DNA of 64,000 nt from assembly GCA_965113315.1 (NCBI GenBank), contig OZ220363.1; one strand, given 5' to 3'. A program made the translations under genes and the position numbers. A model generated the notes under the pieces. That model was given only the letters and a program-made list of their open reading frames with translations. It searched no databases and was not told the origin of the DNA. Shown here piece after piece: positions 59,250 through 64,000 of this stretch. Position 1 is the first letter of the stretch. Each line of letters opens with the position of its first letter. Source of the DNA: Podarcis vaucheri (lineage: Eukaryota).

Positions 59250-61100
59250 TCCTCGCTCGCCTGCCTCTGTTGGTATCACTCTTACGCGCAGTATCTCTAG
59301 AGCGCCATGTGTTCGCAGGCAGCGGGTGATCTTAAAATACAACGCTGATCTGTCACTACGTTTTAAAATAGACACACCACTTGGAGGGCGGAAAGGAAAG
59401 GGGGTGGGAAGCAGCAGCAGCAGCAGCAGCAGTGTTGTGATTTCAGAGAGAAGCGGGATCTTTTTTACGCAGCCTCAGGATCCTCCCCAGAGCAACTCAC
59501 CCCAGGTCAGAAGCGTAAGGACTTTCTCCACCAGTTCGCCTCTTCCCATCCCATCCCAGTCGGCGCCGCCGCCACCAACACCGCCCTCCCCAAAAAGTCC
59601 AGCACTAAGCAGCCGCGCCGGGGATTCATTCAGAAATCTCCCTAACTTCACAATCTACCGCCGGACGCCGCTATTGCGGCTGCTGCTAATGCTGCTGCTG
59701 CTTTGGTCAATTGCAACCAGCAAGCCCTTAAAAGACAGCGGGGAGAGGGGGGGGGGAGAGAAACAATACCGTATTCTCTGGTATAAAGCGACACATACAA
59801 AACGTGGAAGCCCCTTTTCAAAACACGACTAAGGAACGCGTCCGCCGTGTCTACCCCCCCACCAGCCCAACCAGGCTGCGCACCACACACGACCAAGTCC
59901 ACAACAGGTATCAGCAACACAACGAGCGCTGCGCCGGTTTGCTTTTCCTAGTTACCTCCTTCGAGATCCAGTGTGGCGTTTTATAAGCCTTGGGGGTCCT
60001 TCCTTTAAAAACAATAACAATAAACAAACAAACAAACTGCCGTAGCCGGACGGAAGGAAGGAAAAGGTGAATGAGTGTCTGTAGGGCTGGATAAACAAGC
60101 TGCAGAAATACTAACGAAAGGAATAAATTCACTGAGCTACTGGCTGGCTGCGTTTCTTCGGGCCACGGATGCGCAGGATCCAGATCGTCAGGAGAAGTTT
60201 GCTGACGGGTTGCCTGGAGATTTAGTTACAATCGGGTTCATTATTGTTTGTTGTTGGGCTTTGCTTCCCCCTCCCTGCTCCCCCCGCCTCTCTCTCTCTC
60301 TTTCTCTCTCTCCCCTCCTGATACAAGCGATGGCGCTGGTTTACTGCTGTCAATCTTGGCAATCAACGTGAGCGGCCATGTCGTAAGTATTCAAAGCATT
60401 TCCCGTCGTGCAACATCAGAAAGTGAGTGGCCAGGGGCATTGATCGGAGGAAGGCGAAAGGAGGCAGGGCTGCTATATCGCCGCCGCCGCCGCTTCTCTC
60501 TTCTTACCCCCACCCCCGACGGCAAGGCAAGACGAGGCAACACCACACACCAACAAGCACACAGCCGGGAGGCAGGGAGGGAGCGGTAAAGGGGGGGGGG
60601 AGCGTGGAACCGAACGACCCAGGAGAAAGTGAGCACAAAAGAGAAAGTGAAATATCATTTTCTCTCCCTCCCGCTCCCCTCTCCCCCCCAACAACAGGCG
60701 CGCGCGCGCACTCCTAGCCACAATCCACACACCCCCCCGCTTCCCCCTTCCTTCGCAGTCGCCACTCATCACAGAGCGGTTGGCAGACGGCCGCAGTCCT
60801 ACGCGCTCTTTCCTGGGAGTAAACACTTTGGGGCACAGCGGGACAATCCGCAGCCTTCCGGGCTGCTAGATTCTTAAGCGCGCATCTCTGAACATAGTTC
60901 GCGCTGAAGTTAATCAGATTTGCTTCCAAGTAAACGTGTTGAGCGTTTAGTGACGCTTCACCTCTCCCTCCCCGGCCAAAAAAACTGCAGCCACCCTCTT
61001 GGGGGCTTTGGTTTTAAGGGAACTTAAGACTCCCGTGACAAATGTGTCAGTCGGACTTTCAGCCGCGCAACCGCATTCTGTGCGTGTTTACTTCGAAGTA
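59250..61100 (-). promoter_or_regulatory. Main CpG-island promoter of an unidentified minus-strand gene, with several alternative first-exon donors
   Basis: CpG-dense; minus-strand donors GGG|GTAAGA (exon end 60508), GAG|GTAACT (59956), GGG|GTGAGT (59501), CGC|GTAAGA (59286); YY1-like ATGGCG, TGACAG, GTAAAC and TTGGC motifs at 60330-60380. Confidence 0.72.
59410..59431. repeat. (AGC)7 trinucleotide repeat
   Basis: Direct reading. Confidence 0.9.
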
Positions 61101-62660
61101 AGCCCCGCTATGTTCCGTCAATGACGTTCACCGCCAAACGCGTGTGTGAAGAATTAAAGTTATACCCATTCATTTCAATAGAACTTCCTGTCAAGGAAGC
61201 AACTGGGGGAATCCTGCCAAAAGTAAGGACATTCATTTAAATGAGAGCTTTAAGCAAGTGCTTAATTTTGGCTGCATCGTGCCCTCCTGGTTGCTTCCGT
61301 TGAGTTCCACTGATTTATCTGGATCTTATGTGCAGATGGGTTAATTAAACCTCCATCCTAAGAATATTTATGCAGACGTAAATCCCACTATATAGGATTA
61401 CAGCCGCGCTGCCAGATCCTATGCTTATTTACTCAGAAGCTTCCTGCTGATTTCAGTGGGATTTACTTAGGTCATGCTGCGCGCGCTTTTAACCTTCGGT
61501 GCTATTCTAACCACGCTCACTTGCAAGCAAGTCCCGTTGAAATCAATAGGAATTACTTTCAAGGCAACTGATGTTTAGCCTTCAATCCTATGCCCCACTT
61601 ACTTACTTGAAGCAAATGAGTCTTTCTTCTGAGTAGACGTATACAGGAGGGCGCTATTAGGTTGGGATAGGAAGGAACCCACATTGACTTGAAACACAAC
61701 TGCACGCCGATCCTCCTACATAAACTTACCTGGATGTGCCGCTGAGTTCATTTGGACATTCAGTAAATGTGTTTAAGAGTTGCTGCGTTGTTCCCTTGAC
61801 TGAAATCAATGGGGCTTACTCGCAGAGAGGTGCGTAAAAGCTATGATACGGTATGATTTTTTGAATCTATCGAGCCATGGTGCTTAAGAATGGGATCCTG
61901 TAGACGTACTTACTTGGGTTGCACGACTAACACTGACCGGTAAGGCAAGGCTTAATGGAAAACTGGAGAGGGGAAGGGGGTGGCCTAGTGGGTTAAAAGG
62001 GGGAGCAGGGCGGGGAGGACCCTTCCTTCCAAGAGAAGTGACTGCAGGGTTTTTCCTTCCCGCGCATTATGTACTGGAACTTTTAGGGGAAGACAAGGTA
62101 GAGGGTACGAGAACAGAAGAAAGGGGGAGAGGAGCCGGGAATAAGAAGAGGGAGGTCAGCAGAGAAACTAGAAGGAGGGAAGACACAAAGGCTCATATAG
62201 GAAATGCGGCCTGCAATCCTAAACCCCGCTGGGAAGCGCTCGCCCGCAGGCTTACATAGAAATAAGTCTCGCCAACCTCGGTGAGCCTCACAACTTAGTA
62301 ACTCTGCACAGAATCGCAGAGTGAGCTTTACGGACTGACTTCCTGGGAATGCTCTTCAGGATGCTCAGGTGGCGGAGAGAGTTGTAAAAGAAGACTTAGG
62401 CTGGCTGCAAAGTTTCTCTCGCACTCTTACTTTGGAAGAAGTTCCGTTGACAACAGTGGGGCTTACTCCGGAGTAAGTACATACAGCAGAAGGCTGCCAG
62501 AAGTCACTCGAAACTCGAGAAGGCAAGGTCAGGTGGCAGGCTGCGGTCTTCGGCACTCGCACTTGGTCACAGAAATCCAAAGAGTTTACTCGGACTAACC
62601 CTAAACTAACTTACCCGGGACTTGCTTCTGAGTAGACACGGTTAGCTAGGATTGCGGTAT
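61060..62660. mobile_element. Dense cluster of short palindromic MITE-like units
   Basis: About a dozen degenerate units with ATCCTA...TTACT...AAGTAAG(T/C)CCC...TTGA(A/T)(A/T)TCAA...CTTACT...AGGATTGC motifs; another starts at ~63965. Confidence 0.7.
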
Positions 62661-64000
62661 TACTTCCTATTCCCTTACTTAACATCAACTACGGATAGGT
62701 TCGGGGTGCGCTAGAGATGCAAGGCGGCAGTTCACTAGAAGGAGGACGAGGGGTGTGTGTTTTTTAGAGTTTTGGGTCGAGCTGAAGAACTCCGCTGAAT
62801 TCAACTCTCTCAAAGTGGCCCCTTCGACTTTCGCTGGGCGGAATAGCGACTTGCGAAGTGTTCCGAAGGCACATGAGGCCCCCGCTGGGCTGAAGCTAAG
62901 CAGGACCGAGAAAGGGCGAACGTCTGGATGGGAGACCGCATGGGAAGCACGTGTACGCCGCCCTGGGTTCCGCGATGGAGAAAAGAGGGGATATTATAAA
63001 CAGAGTAATAAACATTAATTGATACGCGGGTGCTGGGCGGTCGCAAAGGAACACTGGCGCATAGCTCGAAGCGGGCCAAGAGAACAGGACCCTAAGTTGT
63101 GGGTTCAAGCTGAACTGCTGGTTTGCTGTTCCTGAGGGTGCATCGCCCGAAAACCAACGGGGGAGGCATTTGAGGAACTTTCACTTCCTTAGAAGTGTTA
63201 ATTAGAAGCCGAGGCTGGGGAAGAGAAGTAGAACTGTGAAGAGATGGAGAGAATAAATCCAAAAGAGGGGTGTGGGTGTTTAATGTTGCATGAAAGAGAA
63301 AAGTCTCTCAATCATTTTCTTTTTAGGATTTTTTTTTTTAAAGGTGTGTGGGGCAGTCAAACCTTGAAAGAGGCTTTTCAAAGTGCCAGGAGGCGCCGGG
63401 ATCATGTGAGCAACCACCAGTGGAAAAACTTAGTGAGCCTCTCTCGCCCTTTTGATATTCTTCGCACCTCGACGCAAGGGGATGCGAGGCGGAGGGCGCG
63501 CGGGGGGCAGCCGCCTCCCCCCTCCAGGCCCCCAAAACAGAAGAGGCGCTTTGTGGGTCCGCCTTTGTGCTTGGGGGCCAGGCAGGTCCCATCACCACCT
63601 ACTGCTTTCGCAGATCAAGACGGGGGAACTTTTCTGTTTCCAAAATAACTGCACGCGTTTCCAAAAGGCCAAGAATGGAGCATCACTGCTGTGTCTGAAG
63701 TCCCCAAATGGGCGGGTTTGGTTGGGATCCCAGCACCTACCTGGGCAGAGCGCTCGGCGCAATATAGTCAGCCACCCAAATCCTAGGGATGAACAGCGGA
63801 ACAGCGAACTTGCCCTAATCTGGTTTCATTTCAATTCACGTGGGGAGATTGATCTTTCAAAACTTAATGAAAGCGTTTCTTCTTTTCTCATCCGCTAACA
63901 AGACCACGTAAGATATTCTGGCCCATTTAAATGCGCGCTTCGGATGAATAAGTAGTTTTAAGTTTGCAACCCTATGTACACTTACCTTAGAGTAAGTCCA

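Noticed and set aside
1-60830. Assigning a host gene such as ELAVL2, MEF2C or APBB2 from architecture
   Set aside because: I looked by eye for their diagnostic coding exons (MAVRLCDV/METQLSNG, MGRKKIQI, DFAYVARD) and found none; architecture alone does not justify a gene symbol.
59326-60929. ORFs up to 168 aa in the main island
   Set aside because: Driven by AGC/GCC/CT repeats and GC content; no family resemblance.
61060-62660. CRISPR-like or satellite array
   Set aside because: Units are highly diverged and irregularly spaced, with no constant repeat-spacer structure; context is eukaryotic.
63086-63102. miR-125b-like GACCCTAAGTTGTG (also miR-30-like TGTAAACAT on the minus strand near 55232)
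   Set aside because: The miR-125b-like match lacks the seed and the miR-30-like match diverges after 9 nt; no precursor hairpin in either case.

Overview
Vertebrate nuclear DNA, almost certainly from a lacertid (Podarcis-type) lizard, judged from Sauria SINEs and lizard-type SINE/MITE families. I can support no host protein-coding exon. The listed ORFs are chance ORFs or decayed LINE (L2-like) reverse-transcriptase fragments. The window reads as the 5' end of a large gene transcribed on the minus strand. A compound CpG-island promoter (about 55.2-61.1 kb) carries several minus-strand splice donors (alternative non-coding first exons). It is followed by at least 55 kb of intron with many SINE/LINE/MITE/LTR remnants and several repeat-free, TF-motif-dense blocks that look like conserved enhancers. 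I could not identify the gene. The most notable items are: (1) a pile-up of about a dozen short palindromic MITE-like units just upstream of the promoter (61.06-62.66 kb), contrasting with a nearly TE-free ~13 kb on the transcribed side; (2) candidate minus-strand micro/mini-exons (6, 17, 67, 75 and 99 nt); (3) a solo-LTR-like insert nested in an L2 RT region, whose removal restores the reading frame; (4) a 110-bp fold-back with perfect 20-bp arms. I found no prokaryote-type system (CRISPR, operon, phage) and no convincing novel protein-coding system. All calls are by eye; family names come from recalled consensus features, not database searches.
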